Assembly: GCA_965223005.1 (NCBI GenBank)
Contig: CBDCVK010000006.1
Location: 64,001 to 128,000 of the forward strand
Direction: 5' to 3'
Origin: Terriglobia bacterium
GTDB taxonomy: Bacteria; Acidobacteriota; Terriglobia; JAJPHL01; JAPKYU01
Length of the DNA stretch: 64,000 nt
Shown here: piece after piece, positions 39,159 to 47,744 of the stretch
How the letters are laid out: the number at the start of each line of letters is the position of its first letter
How positions within the stretch are numbered: position 1 is the first letter of the stretch
Translations under genes and position numbers: made by a program
Notes under the pieces: generated by a model
What the model saw: only the letters and a program-made list of their open reading frames with translations
The model's database searches: none
Told to the model about the DNA's origin: nothing

Positions 39159-39916
39159 AGGGCGCGCCCCCTCGCTCTCCCCATTCGGTGCTGCGGACTC
39201 CAGGGACTGCGCCGGGGGCTGCTTATGTACGTGAGATGTTCGCGCGCGTCGCTCCCCGGTACGATTTCCTCAACCATTTGCTGTCGCTCGAGGCGGACCG
39301 ATGGTGGCGGCGGACAGTAGCCCATCGCTTTCGGCGCACCCTGGAGCGGCCGGGGACGCGCGCGCTCGACCTGTGTTGCGGCACCGCTGATCTTGCCCTG
39401 AGCCTGGCCACAGTGGCGGATCCTTTGGCGTGCATCATCGGCGCCGACTTCTGCCACCCCATGCTGCAACGCGGGCGGACCAAACTGCTCCGCCGCGGCT
39501 TTCTCCCACTGTTAGCCGAAGCCGATGCGCTGGTGCTGCCATTCGCAGACAGCTCATTCCACCTCGTGACCGCGGCGTTCGGTTTTCGCAATCTGGCCAA
39601 CTACGAGGCAGGCCTCCGCGAGATCTTCCGCGTGCTGATGCCCGGCGGAGAAGCCGGCATCCTGGAATTCTCTCAGCCACAGTCGTCGCTTCTTGGACCG
39701 CTGTACAATTTCTACTTCCGCCGCGTGCTGCCTCGCGTCGGGGGTGCCTTCTCCGGAGATGCCGGAGCTTATCAATACCTAGTGAAGTCGGTGGCGGAGT
39801 TTCCCTCGCCCGCGGGTTTTGCCTGCTGGATGAGGGAAGCGGGCTTTGCGGGAGTCACATTCCAAACATTAACGGGCGGGATCGCCTGCCTTCACACCGG
39901 CCAACGGCCGGCTTGA
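39155..39916 (+). CDS. menG: Demethylmenaquinone/ubiquinone C-methyltransferase
   Basis: VAPRYDFLNHLLS; LDLCCGTAD; FGFRN; LEFSQP; AYQYL. Confidence 0.9.
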   Translation: MKGAPPRSPHSVLRTPGTAPGAAYVREMFARVAPRYDFLNHLLSLEADRWWRRTVAHRFRRTLERPGTRALDLCCGTADLALSLATVADPLACIIGADFCHPMLQRGRTKLLRRGFLPLLAEADALVLPFADSSFHLVTAAFGFRNLANYEAGLREIFRVLMPGGEAGILEFSQPQSSLLGPLYNFYFRRVLPRVGGAFSGDAGAYQYLVKSVAEFPSPAGFACWMREAGFAGVTFQTLTGGIACLHTGQRPA

Positions 39917-39957
39917 ATCGTGCCCGGCAGTGGCGTATTCTCCCTGGAAGCAGACCG

Positions 39958-40299
39958 ATGGAAGTACGCTTGGAATACGACGGTCCGTTTGCGGTGGTCC
40001 ATCTCCAGGGGGACTTGCGCCTGTGGGGAAAGCAGGGGATGGCCGATAACATCCGCAAGACCGTACTGGAGGCGGTCAAGAGCAACCAGATCGTGGTGAT
40101 CAACCTGACAGAGGCGCACACCGTGGACAGCCGTGGCATCGGCTGTCTTGCCCGCTGCCTGGCTAGCGCCGTCGCCCAGGGCGGTGAATTGCGCCTGGTG
40201 GTCCCGCCCGGCCGCCTGCGCCGTGTCCTGGAGGATGTTCGCCTTCTCTCCGTTTTTCCCGCTTACGACACCGTCTCCGCTGCCAGCCAAAGCCGCTAG
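39958..40299 (+). CDS. STAS domain protein (anti-sigma antagonist-like)
   Basis: VVHLQGDL; VINL...VDSRGIG. Confidence 0.8.
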   Translation: MEVRLEYDGPFAVVHLQGDLRLWGKQGMADNIRKTVLEAVKSNQIVVINLTEAHTVDSRGIGCLARCLASAVAQGGELRLVVPPGRLRRVLEDVRLLSVFPAYDTVSAASQSR

Positions 40300-40357
40300 C
40301 GTACCGCTCGTCTCTGCTAGCGTACCGCTCGTCTCTGCTAGCGTACCGCTCGTCTCT
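40295..40357. repeat. Perfect 21-bp tandem repeat x3
   Basis: (GCTAGCGTACCGCTCGTCTCT)x3 between two convergent stop codons. Confidence 0.95.
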
Positions 40358-40381
40358 GGTTGTTGCTGGGTGGAGGAATCG

Positions 40382-41008
40382 CTAGCGGGAGGCGTGTTGT
40401 TGGAAATGAGTGGCTAGGCCGGCCACAATCTGGTCCATGCTCTCGCGCAGGCATTCGTTCAGCGCCCGGACGACACCTTCTACAGAACGCTCACCAACCG
40501 GCGCTTCGTGGGAGCCCTCCCCTGACCAGACTCGCGTTCGGGTCTTGACCTCCACCAGTTCGACGCTCAAGCCAACTCGGGCAGACACGCTCCCTGCGGA
40601 ATCCACTTCTTCCAGGTGTTCGACGCGACCGCGCAGCAGGTAGTCGGCGCGAGAGGCGCCCCGCGTACCCGTCACCGAACGGAACATCCCCGAGCGCCGG
40701 AGGTGGGAGATCAGGTTTTGCGTGATCAGGTCCGGAGGCGTGTCTACCCAGCGGTGGTACTCGTAAAAGTCCACGCGGTGAGGGCCGGGCCTGTACATGA
40801 GCCGGTCCTGGGAGAGCGCCTGGCTGGCCCGGAAGCGGGTCACCGCGATCTCCACGCCCGTGGTGGCGGCCGGCGGCGGAACCGGCAGCGACGATTCCAG
40901 CGTGTAGTAGTGGCTCGGGGGAACTTTTCCGCAGCCGACAAACGACAGCAGCAACAACGCCGCTGCGACGCCGGCTAGTGACCTCTGAGCTGCGGGACGG
41001 GCCCTCAT
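40382..41008 (-). CDS. PqiC-like ABC transport auxiliary lipoprotein
   Basis: Lipobox-like FVGC; HYYTL; YEYHRW..P; last gene of the MCE operon. Confidence 0.85.
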   Translation of the reverse strand: MRARPAAQRSLAGVAAALLLLSFVGCGKVPPSHYYTLESSLPVPPPAATTGVEIAVTRFRASQALSQDRLMYRPGPHRVDFYEYHRWVDTPPDLITQNLISHLRRSGMFRSVTGTRGASRADYLLRGRVEHLEEVDSAGSVSARVGLSVELVEVKTRTRVWSGEGSHEAPVGERSVEGVVRALNECLRESMDQIVAGLATHFQQHASR

Positions 41009-41058
41009 TACTCTTGGCTCCTTGACGTTGCCCGCGACCTCACACGATCGCTGGCTGC

Positions 41059-42033
41059 TTATTTCTTGCTCCCGCCGGGCACCTGGCGCTCCGGTTTGGG
41101 GACCACCCGAACGAGGCTGAACGGCCGCTGCTTCAGGGTGTCGGAGAGCTGCCGGAGATTCTGCGACGTCACCCGGATGTTTTCCATAGTCTCATCCAGA
41201 TTGTCGGAATTGGTAGTCATGACGACGTTCAACTTCGTCATCAGCTCGCGCGCCTCCTCCAGCGTCTGGGAAAGCTGAGCCAGCGAAGCCCGCAGGTCGG
41301 GACGGTTCTCGGCCACCACCGCCTGCACCTCAGCAATCAGTTTGTCCACCTTTGCGGTGGTCGCGCGCAGATCGGCCATGAACGGGTCGATCTTGCCGGA
41401 AGCGTTCTCCAGGTTGGTGGCGATTTTATCAATCTTCGGCGACTGACGCTCGATCATCTCGTCGGTCTGCCGCAAAACGCTAGCCAGGTGCGCTCGGTTT
41501 TCCTCGCCGGTGGCATCGTGCAGGTTGATCAGCAGCTGGTCCACTTGCGCCGAGATCTGGTTGACGTTCTTGTGCAGGTCGGCAACCAGGGGCTCCGCCC
41601 GGTCAGCCATTGCGCTCAACTTGCGCATTAGCATCGCCAAGTTCTGCGTCTCCATGGAAGGAATGGTGCTGCCGGGTTGCAGGGTGGAGGGCGCGGTGCC
41701 CGGCTGAATTTCTATGTAGTTCTCGCTCAGCAAGCCCAGTTGGGAAAGGCCCGCCACGCTGTCGGTGGGCAGGGGGACGTCGGCCTCCACGTCCAGGCCA
41801 ATCTCGATGCGGTAGACATCTCCGGAAGAGACCCCCACGGACGTGACGTGGCCCGCCTTCAGGCCACCAAACCGCACCAGGGCTCCCGGCTCCAAGCCGC
41901 CAGCAAATTTGAGGTAGGTTTTGTACCCGACGTATTCTGTTCCCAGCCCCACCCCCGTCATGTAAAAGACCGCCGTCACCAGGATGGCCACCGCGACCAG
42001 CACCATCAGGCCCACTTTTGCTTGGTCGTTCAT
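41059..42033 (-). CDS. mlaD: MCE/MlaD family protein with helical extension
   Basis: KVGL TM anchor; GGLEPGALVRFGGLKAGHV; GLLSENYIEI. Confidence 0.9.
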   Translation of the reverse strand: MNDQAKVGLMVLVAVAILVTAVFYMTGVGLGTEYVGYKTYLKFAGGLEPGALVRFGGLKAGHVTSVGVSSGDVYRIEIGLDVEADVPLPTDSVAGLSQLGLLSENYIEIQPGTAPSTLQPGSTIPSMETQNLAMLMRKLSAMADRAEPLVADLHKNVNQISAQVDQLLINLHDATGEENRAHLASVLRQTDEMIERQSPKIDKIATNLENASGKIDPFMADLRATTAKVDKLIAEVQAVVAENRPDLRASLAQLSQTLEEARELMTKLNVVMTTNSDNLDETMENIRVTSQNLRQLSDTLKQRPFSLVRVVPKPERQVPGGSKK

Positions 42034-42899
42034 ATCGATCCCGCCGAACCAGCGCGTTTTTGCAGCTCGGGCCTCGCGGATTCTGCTGTCTTGCCGTTGC
42101 GGCCGGCGTCGCCCTCTGTGCCGAGCAGCGCTTGGACGTAATCGGAAGCCTCGAGGCTCTCGTCGTCGGGAACGCGGTCCAGGAACTGGCGAACACGGGG
42201 TTGTGTACTGCCCTGGATTTCCTCGCGGGTACCGCTGGCGATAACCCGTCCCTTGTGCACCATAGTGATGCGGTCAGCAATCAGGAAGGCGCTGGCCAGC
42301 TCGTGGGTGACCACTACGATCGTCATGCCGAACGCCTGCTTTAATTTTACGATCAGCTCATCAATGCCAGCGGCAATGATGGGGTCCAGGCCGGCGGAAG
42401 GCTCGTCGAACAGGAGGATCTCCGGATCCATGGCCATGGCGCGGGCGACGGCGGCTCGCTTCTTCATGCCTCCAGAGAGCTGGGACGGCATGTAGTTCTC
42501 AAAGCCCGCCAGCCCCACCTGCTCCAGTTTCATTCGCGTGATGATCTGGATGGTGGACTCTTCCAATTCGGTGTGCTCGCGCAGCGGCAGGGCCACGTTG
42601 TCCCCTACCGTCATGGAATTGAACATCGCTGACCCCTGGAACGACATTCCCATCTTGCGCCGGATCTGATTCAGTTCGCGCTCCGGGAGGCGGCAAAAGT
42701 CGTGTCCCATGATGTAGACGAAACCAGAGGTGGGTGTCTCCAGGCCCACGATGTGCCGCAGCAGCGTGCTCTTGCCCGAGCCGCTGCCGCCTAGGATGAC
42801 CATCGTTTGGCCGCGGTGAACGTCCATGCTGACCCCTTGCAACACCGGTCGCGTCCCGTAGTGGGCCACCAGGTTCTGGACGGAAATAATCGGCTCCAT
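42030..42899 (-). CDS. mlaF: MlaF-type ABC ATPase
   Basis: GGSGSGKS; LSGGMKKR; FDEPSAGLDPI; VTH. Confidence 0.92.
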   Translation of the reverse strand: MEPIISVQNLVAHYGTRPVLQGVSMDVHRGQTMVILGGSGSGKSTLLRHIVGLETPTSGFVYIMGHDFCRLPERELNQIRRKMGMSFQGSAMFNSMTVGDNVALPLREHTELEESTIQIITRMKLEQVGLAGFENYMPSQLSGGMKKRAAVARAMAMDPEILLFDEPSAGLDPIIAAGIDELIVKLKQAFGMTIVVVTHELASAFLIADRITMVHKGRVIASGTREEIQGSTQPRVRQFLDRVPDDESLEASDYVQALLGTEGDAGRNGKTAESARPELQKRAGSAGSI

Positions 42900-42968
42900 G
42901 TGTAACGTTCCAAGTCGGAGGTTCAAAGTCAAGTTCCGACCTTGGGCCTTGGACCTTGAACCAGATCG

Positions 42969-43757
42969 TCAGCCTAGCACATAAAAGAAACCAGTGAAGA
43001 TCACGTCCGCTACGATCACGCTGAAAATCGAAATCACCACCGACGAGGTGGTCGAGCGCCCCACGCCCTCCGGCCCGCCGGTCACGGTGAAACCCTCGTA
43101 GCAGCCGATCTGCACGATGACCATCCCGAACACGACGCTTTTGATCAGCCCCGTAATGATGTCGCGCATCACCAACGCTTCAGCGGTGGCCAGCAGGTAC
43201 TGGCGTAGCCCCATCCCCAGCTCGGAAGTATAGGCGAACGTCGCCCCGCCCAGTATCCCCATCAGGTCGGCGATCATGGTCAGACACGGCATCATCACGA
43301 TCATCGCCAGAAATTTCGGGACCAAAAGGAAGTGAATGGGATTCAAGCCCATGGTGACCAGCGCATCCACTTCCTCGCTGACCTTCATGGTTCCCAATTC
43401 GGCAGCGAACGCCGAACCGGAACGCCCAATGACAATGATCGCGGTCATCAGGGGACCCAATTCGCGGGTTATGGAAACGCCTACCAGGTCCACCACAAGG
43501 TGAAGGGCGCCGATCTTCCTCATCTCATAGGCGCCCTGGAGGGCCATGATGAGGCCAATAAAGAAGCCGATCAGGCAAACCACGGGCACCGCCTGGATGC
43601 CCACCGATACCATCTGGTGAATGGCAGTGCTCCAGCGCAACCTGCTCCCGCGAAAAGGCGCAACGAGAGTCCAGTAGAATCCCGCCTTGGTCTGGCGGGA
43701 AACACCTCCCATATACTCCAGCAAGCGAACCGTATGGGCTCCAATGGCGGAGAGCAT
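42969..43757 (-). CDS. mlaE: MlaE-type ABC permease
   Basis: RELGPLMTA; GRSGSAFAAELGTMKVSEEVDAL; GVGRSTTSSVV. Confidence 0.94.
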   Translation of the reverse strand: MLSAIGAHTVRLLEYMGGVSRQTKAGFYWTLVAPFRGSRLRWSTAIHQMVSVGIQAVPVVCLIGFFIGLIMALQGAYEMRKIGALHLVVDLVGVSITRELGPLMTAIIVIGRSGSAFAAELGTMKVSEEVDALVTMGLNPIHFLLVPKFLAMIVMMPCLTMIADLMGILGGATFAYTSELGMGLRQYLLATAEALVMRDIITGLIKSVVFGMVIVQIGCYEGFTVTGGPEGVGRSTTSSVVISIFSVIVADVIFTGFFYVLG

Positions 43758-43817
43758 GGCGGTGCTCAGGTCGCGAAACGCTTGGGCCGTCTTCCTCGGG
43801 TGGGCGGGGCGCCGGCG

Positions 43818-44156
43818 TTAAGCTTTCAGCGCCTCTTCTACCGTGTCATAGATGTCGAAGACCTTGATCAGTCGGGTCAGTTCCAGCACCTGTCGCGGCG
43901 CCTTGTTGAGTCCGCAGAGCGCAAAACGGATCTGTGCCTTCCGCGCCAGCTGCAACCCTTCGACAAGCGAGGCGACCCCGGAACTGTCAACGTACTTGAC
44001 CCCGGTCAGGTTCAACAGCACGCGGTCTCCGCTCTTCTGGTTCAGCTCGTCCAGAATGGTTTGGCGCACCTGAGGGGAGGAGTACAGGTCAATGTCACCC
44101 ACCACGTCAATCACGGAGGTTCCGCCTTCTTTGCGGACTTTGATCTGAATGCTCAT
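43818..44156 (-). CDS. STAS domain anti-sigma antagonist (RsbV/SpoIIAA-like)
   Basis: GDIDLYSSP; VKYVDSSGVASL; VLELTRL. Confidence 0.92.
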   Translation of the reverse strand: MSIQIKVRKEGGTSVIDVVGDIDLYSSPQVRQTILDELNQKSGDRVLLNLTGVKYVDSSGVASLVEGLQLARKAQIRFALCGLNKAPRQVLELTRLIKVFDIYDTVEEALKA

Positions 44157-44587
44157 TCTGTGACAGCGCCAGTTTCGACGCGCCGGCGCGGGCGCAAAGA
44201 TTTGGCCAAGAACAACTCGTTCCCTTGTTCACTGGGCCGGTAGCGAACTTCGTCCATAACGGAACGGATCAAGTGCGTTCCCAATCCGCCGGGTCGGACT
44301 TCCTCCAGGGGACGTGGCTGTAGGCTGTCCGGTCGCGGCGAGCGTCCCTGGTCCACCAGCAGGAACTCGATCCGGTCCTCCTTGGCGGAGCAGGAGAGGC
44401 CGATTTCCCCGTCTGTGCGGCCTTGGTACGCATGGCGGATGACGTTAGCGCAAGCTTCATCCACGGCCAGGATGATGAACTGCGCTTCGTCCTCAGCAAA
44501 ACCGCAATGCTCCGCCATTTCCCCAACCAGGCAGCGGACTGTGCGCAACAGCCGGGGGTCGCTGGGAAAACGAAGATCCAATCTCAA
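44153..44587 (-). CDS. RsbW/SpoIIAB-like anti-sigma Ser kinase (HATPase_c)
   Basis: LAVDEACANVIRHAY; DQG; GGLGTHLIRSVMDEV; GN; 4-nt overlap with the STAS gene. Confidence 0.92.
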   Translation of the reverse strand: MRLDLRFPSDPRLLRTVRCLVGEMAEHCGFAEDEAQFIILAVDEACANVIRHAYQGRTDGEIGLSCSAKEDRIEFLLVDQGRSPRPDSLQPRPLEEVRPGGLGTHLIRSVMDEVRYRPSEQGNELFLAKSLRPRRRVETGAVTE

Positions 44588-44707
44588 AAGCGCACCCCTA
44601 GATCAGTTGGGAAGAAAAGCGAATGTATACCAAACTTGGCCAAGCGCCAAGGGGAAAAGCAGGCGCGGGCCTGGACGTGGCTTTCGGTCCGGCGCGGAGC
44701 CGACTAA

Positions 44708-44838
44708 CAGGGTGCTGAAGAACTGATCTTGCGGACCGCTTGCTTGCGCGCGCGGCTCGGTAACTACTGGAGAATCAGTCAAGCTGATTGAGAGCCGCGA
44801 CCATTAGCGAGTTGTTTCCCGGGTTTTTCAGCACGCTG
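44708..44838. mobile_element. MITE/REP-like non-autonomous element (131 bp)
   Basis: Terminal IR CAGGGTGCTGAAGAAC ... GTTTTTCAGCACGCTG; internal palindromes CGCGGCTC/GAGCCGCG and AATCAG/CTGATT. Confidence 0.6.
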
Positions 44839-44983
44839 CTGGCTCTGGCAAAGTCAGCCCGGCGTCTTCTCCCAAGGAGCAGATCAACCCCTGGTCCCAA
44901 GGGCAGGTCCCCTCCCGGCCTATGAGGAGATCACGGCCGGGATGACCGTTGGGCCGATCGCCTTCCTGCGTTAGAATGAAAGC

Positions 44984-45345
44984 ATGCGGCATTTCCTTCT
45001 CATCACGTTGCTTGTTTGTTTTTGCGTGCTTTCGAGCCTGGCCCAAGGGGGAGGGGGGACCCTTGGAGCAAGCCCGCGCGAGCATCCGCACCGAGCCATT
45101 CCCTCCTCCTGCGTCTGCGGGGCATCCGCACCGATTCGCCATTCCCTCCTCCTGCGTCTTCCAAACTCTTGAAACACCGGCACGAACAGGCCAAGAAACT
45201 CAGCAGCCAGTTGGTGCAATTGGTCTCGGAGGTGGACGAAGAGTTAAACAAAAGCGGGGCGAACATCCTGTCTGTAAGCACGCTTAAGAAACTCAAGCAG
45301 ATTGAGAAACTGGCGCGCAAGCTCAGAGGGCGAATAAAGCAGTGA
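44984..45345 (+). pseudogene. Small secreted protein gene, frameshifted
   Basis: Signal peptide MRHFLLITLLVCFCVLSSLAQ and helical C-terminus (...LSVSTLKKLKQIEKLARKLRGRIKQ) lie in different frames; G-runs and an imperfect 40-bp duplication lie between. Confidence 0.6.
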
Positions 45346-45504
45346 ACAAGTTCTTGCTCTACCGTCCGAGGCTCGCCGTCACATGGCGCCTTCGAGGACC
45401 GGTATTTCTGCTGACTGCTGGTGACGGCGGCCGTTACCCCTGTGCTGGGGAGCCCGCAACTTGAGGTTGTCTCTGGGCAGGCCACTGCCGGGCAGTGGCG
45501 GGTC

Positions 45505-46797
45505 CTACCGCTTGGCGTCAGCCGCCAGTTTCTTCAAATACTTGAGTTGCTCGGTCCGCGATTTCACCTTGCCATCCAGTAGCGCCGTGAAGAGCGAGTT
45601 GAGGATTCGCCCGTAAGCAGGTGTCTCCGGAGCCACTCCCAGGGCCTGTAATTCCTTTTCAGGAAGTTTTTCTTTCAACGGGCGATGTCGGGAGATGTAG
45701 CCCTTGAGCTTGTCCTGAACCTTCCTCTGGGGGAAATAGAGAAGGACAAACAGGAGTAGTTCAGCGGGCTGCGCAGACAGCAACTGGAATGCTTTCGACG
45801 GGGCGTTGGCCTCCTTGCTGGCCAGTCGGCGTACCAGTTGTTTGCCCCGCGCTTCCAGTTTCATCCAGGGTTCGGTGGCGGCTCGCTTCATCTTCAATCG
45901 TCGGACAAGGGTCGCGTAGTCACGGGAAGAAAGCCTCCGGGTCAGGTAAAAGACGCACGGCCCGTAGAGGCTGGCCCGCAGCCCATGTTCGTCCAGCCAG
46001 CGGGCGGTCTTCTCCATCCGGAGCACCTCTGGTAAGTTGAGTCGCCGGCCGCTCAGTTTCGAGTGGAACACCCGGGTCATTTCTTCCTTGTCCAGCGCCT
46101 TGAGGATTTCGCAGGGGCGTAACTCTTGCGTAATCTCGTACAGCTCCTTGCGCAGCCGCCCCGGCAGGGCGTGCTGCAACAGTTCCCGTTCCTTGGCCCA
46201 GTGGAACTGGGTCGCCGTTTTCGGATCGAGGGCAAAATGGAGGCGAGAGCGGAAGCGCACCAGGCGCAGCAGGCGGGTCGGATCGTCGGCAAACGAGTAG
46301 TTGTGCAAGGATCGGATTTCGCGGCGCTCGATGTCACCAACGCCGTTGTTGGGGTCCAGCACGAGACCCCGGGAGGCCCGGTTGAGCGAGAGCCCGATGG
46401 CGTTCATCGAGAAGTCGCGGCGCCGCAGGTCCATGTGGATATTGCCCGGCGCGATCTTCGGCTCGGCCCCAACTTTGGTGTAACGCTCGGATCGGCACTG
46501 GGCCAATTCCACGGTCACCTCACCGGGAAAGATCAGTTCGGCGGATTGGCGCTGCCGATCCATCTCGCGCACTTCCACGCCTGGCAACTTTTCCACCGCT
46601 CGCAGGAGCTTCAGCGCGTTGCCCTCGACGGCGAAGTCCAGGTCGCGGATCGGATGTCCGCACAGCATGTCCCGCAGTGCGCCCCCAACCAAAAAGAGAT
46701 TGAGGTCCCGCTCTGCTGCTAGATGCTCTAGGCGCTGCACGACGGCTACTTGCTCCGGAGCCAGGCGGCTCTCCATCAGAAACAGGAAGTCAGGCAT
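45505..46797 (-). CDS. CCA-adding enzyme / poly(A) polymerase family nucleotidyltransferase
   Basis: LVGGALRD; DLDF; DLRRRDFSMNA; SFADDPTRLLR. Confidence 0.9.
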   Translation of the reverse strand: MPDFLFLMESRLAPEQVAVVQRLEHLAAERDLNLFLVGGALRDMLCGHPIRDLDFAVEGNALKLLRAVEKLPGVEVREMDRQRQSAELIFPGEVTVELAQCRSERYTKVGAEPKIAPGNIHMDLRRRDFSMNAIGLSLNRASRGLVLDPNNGVGDIERREIRSLHNYSFADDPTRLLRLVRFRSRLHFALDPKTATQFHWAKERELLQHALPGRLRKELYEITQELRPCEILKALDKEEMTRVFHSKLSGRRLNLPEVLRMEKTARWLDEHGLRASLYGPCVFYLTRRLSSRDYATLVRRLKMKRAATEPWMKLEARGKQLVRRLASKEANAPSKAFQLLSAQPAELLLFVLLYFPQRKVQDKLKGYISRHRPLKEKLPEKELQALGVAPETPAYGRILNSLFTALLDGKVKSRTEQLKYLKKLAADAKR

Positions 46798-46833
46798 GAT
46801 CGTCAGTCACCAACCGCCGTCACCAATTCTGGC

Positions 46834-47694
46834 TCAAGCCCTGGGGTGATGGCGCAGGAATACTTGTCGTAGTCGCTCGGACAGCACATGGGTATAGATC
46901 TGAGTAGTAGCAATGTCAGCGTGTCCCAGCATCTGCTGCACGGAGCGCAGGTCGGCGCCGCGCGCCAGCAGGTGTGTCGCGAAACTGTGGCGCAGCAGAT
47001 GGGGGGTCAACCGCTGGCGGATGCCAGCCTGCCGCCCGGCCTGCACCATCATCTTCCAGAATGCCTGGCGCGTCAGACGCGTTCCGCGCCGGCTGACGAA
47101 CAAAAAGGGCGAAGTGCGCCGTCCCAGCAAGGCCTGGCGGGCGCCGCGCTGGTAGGCCTCCACCGCCTCCAGCCCCGAACGTCCCACTGGCACCAGCCGC
47201 TGCTTGTTGCCCTTGCCCGTCACCTGAAGGTAGCCCAGTTGGGCGTGCAGGTCGCCGGTACGCAGCGCAACCAGTTCCGAGACGCGCAAGCCGGTGGAGT
47301 AGAGCAGCTCGAGCATGGCGCGGTCCCGCGCCCCTTCGGGGCTGCCGGGATCGGGGGTTGCCAGCAGGCACTCGACATCTTCCAGGGCTAGATAGCGGGG
47401 CAGGGTCTTCCAGGTCTTGGGCGATTCCAGGTTCAGTGTGGGGTCGGTTTTGAGCACACCGTCGCGCAGTAATTGCCGATAGAAGCCGCGGAGCGTGGCC
47501 AGGTGGCGGGCGATGCTCCGTCCGTCCAGCTTGGCTGCGTACAGCGAGGCCAGATACCGCTGCACGTCAGGCCGAGTGGCTTCTTCGGGGCGCCGACCCC
47601 CGTTTTCCAAGAAAGCGGCGTAGCGGTGCAGATCGCGTTCGTAAGCAGCCGCCGTGTTCAGGGCGAGGCGCTTTTCCACACGGATGTAGTTCAA
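46834..47694 (-). CDS. xerD: Tyrosine recombinase XerD (true start probably slightly upstream)
   Basis: RDRAMLELLYSTGLRVSEL; GKGNKQRLVP; TRQAFW; PHLLRHSFATHLL; LGHADIATTQIYTHV. Confidence 0.93.
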   Translation of the reverse strand: MNYIRVEKRLALNTAAAYERDLHRYAAFLENGGRRPEEATRPDVQRYLASLYAAKLDGRSIARHLATLRGFYRQLLRDGVLKTDPTLNLESPKTWKTLPRYLALEDVECLLATPDPGSPEGARDRAMLELLYSTGLRVSELVALRTGDLHAQLGYLQVTGKGNKQRLVPVGRSGLEAVEAYQRGARQALLGRRTSPFLFVSRRGTRLTRQAFWKMMVQAGRQAGIRQRLTPHLLRHSFATHLLARGADLRSVQQMLGHADIATTQIYTHVLSERLRQVFLRHHPRA

Positions 47695-47744
47695 GAACTC
47701 GGCGATCCGACGCCGGCCCTTGCTCAGGTCAGCCTTCGGTCGAA

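Noticed and set aside
40295-40357. Possible CRISPR array (also 52133-52190)
   Set aside because: Units are directly adjacent with no unique spacers, and there are no cas genes in the window.
42920-42962. Hairpin with short GACCTTG-like repeats between mlaE and mlaF
   Set aside because: Short and single-copy; it cannot be supported as a terminator or repeat family from this window.
44854-44948. SRP (4.5S) RNA
   Set aside because: Size and rod shape fit, but the CAGG-GNRA-AGCA helix-8 signature is not present in the right order on either strand.
46834-47694. Phage or island integrase
   Set aside because: Size, motifs and housekeeping context between murJ and the CCA-type gene fit chromosomal XerD.
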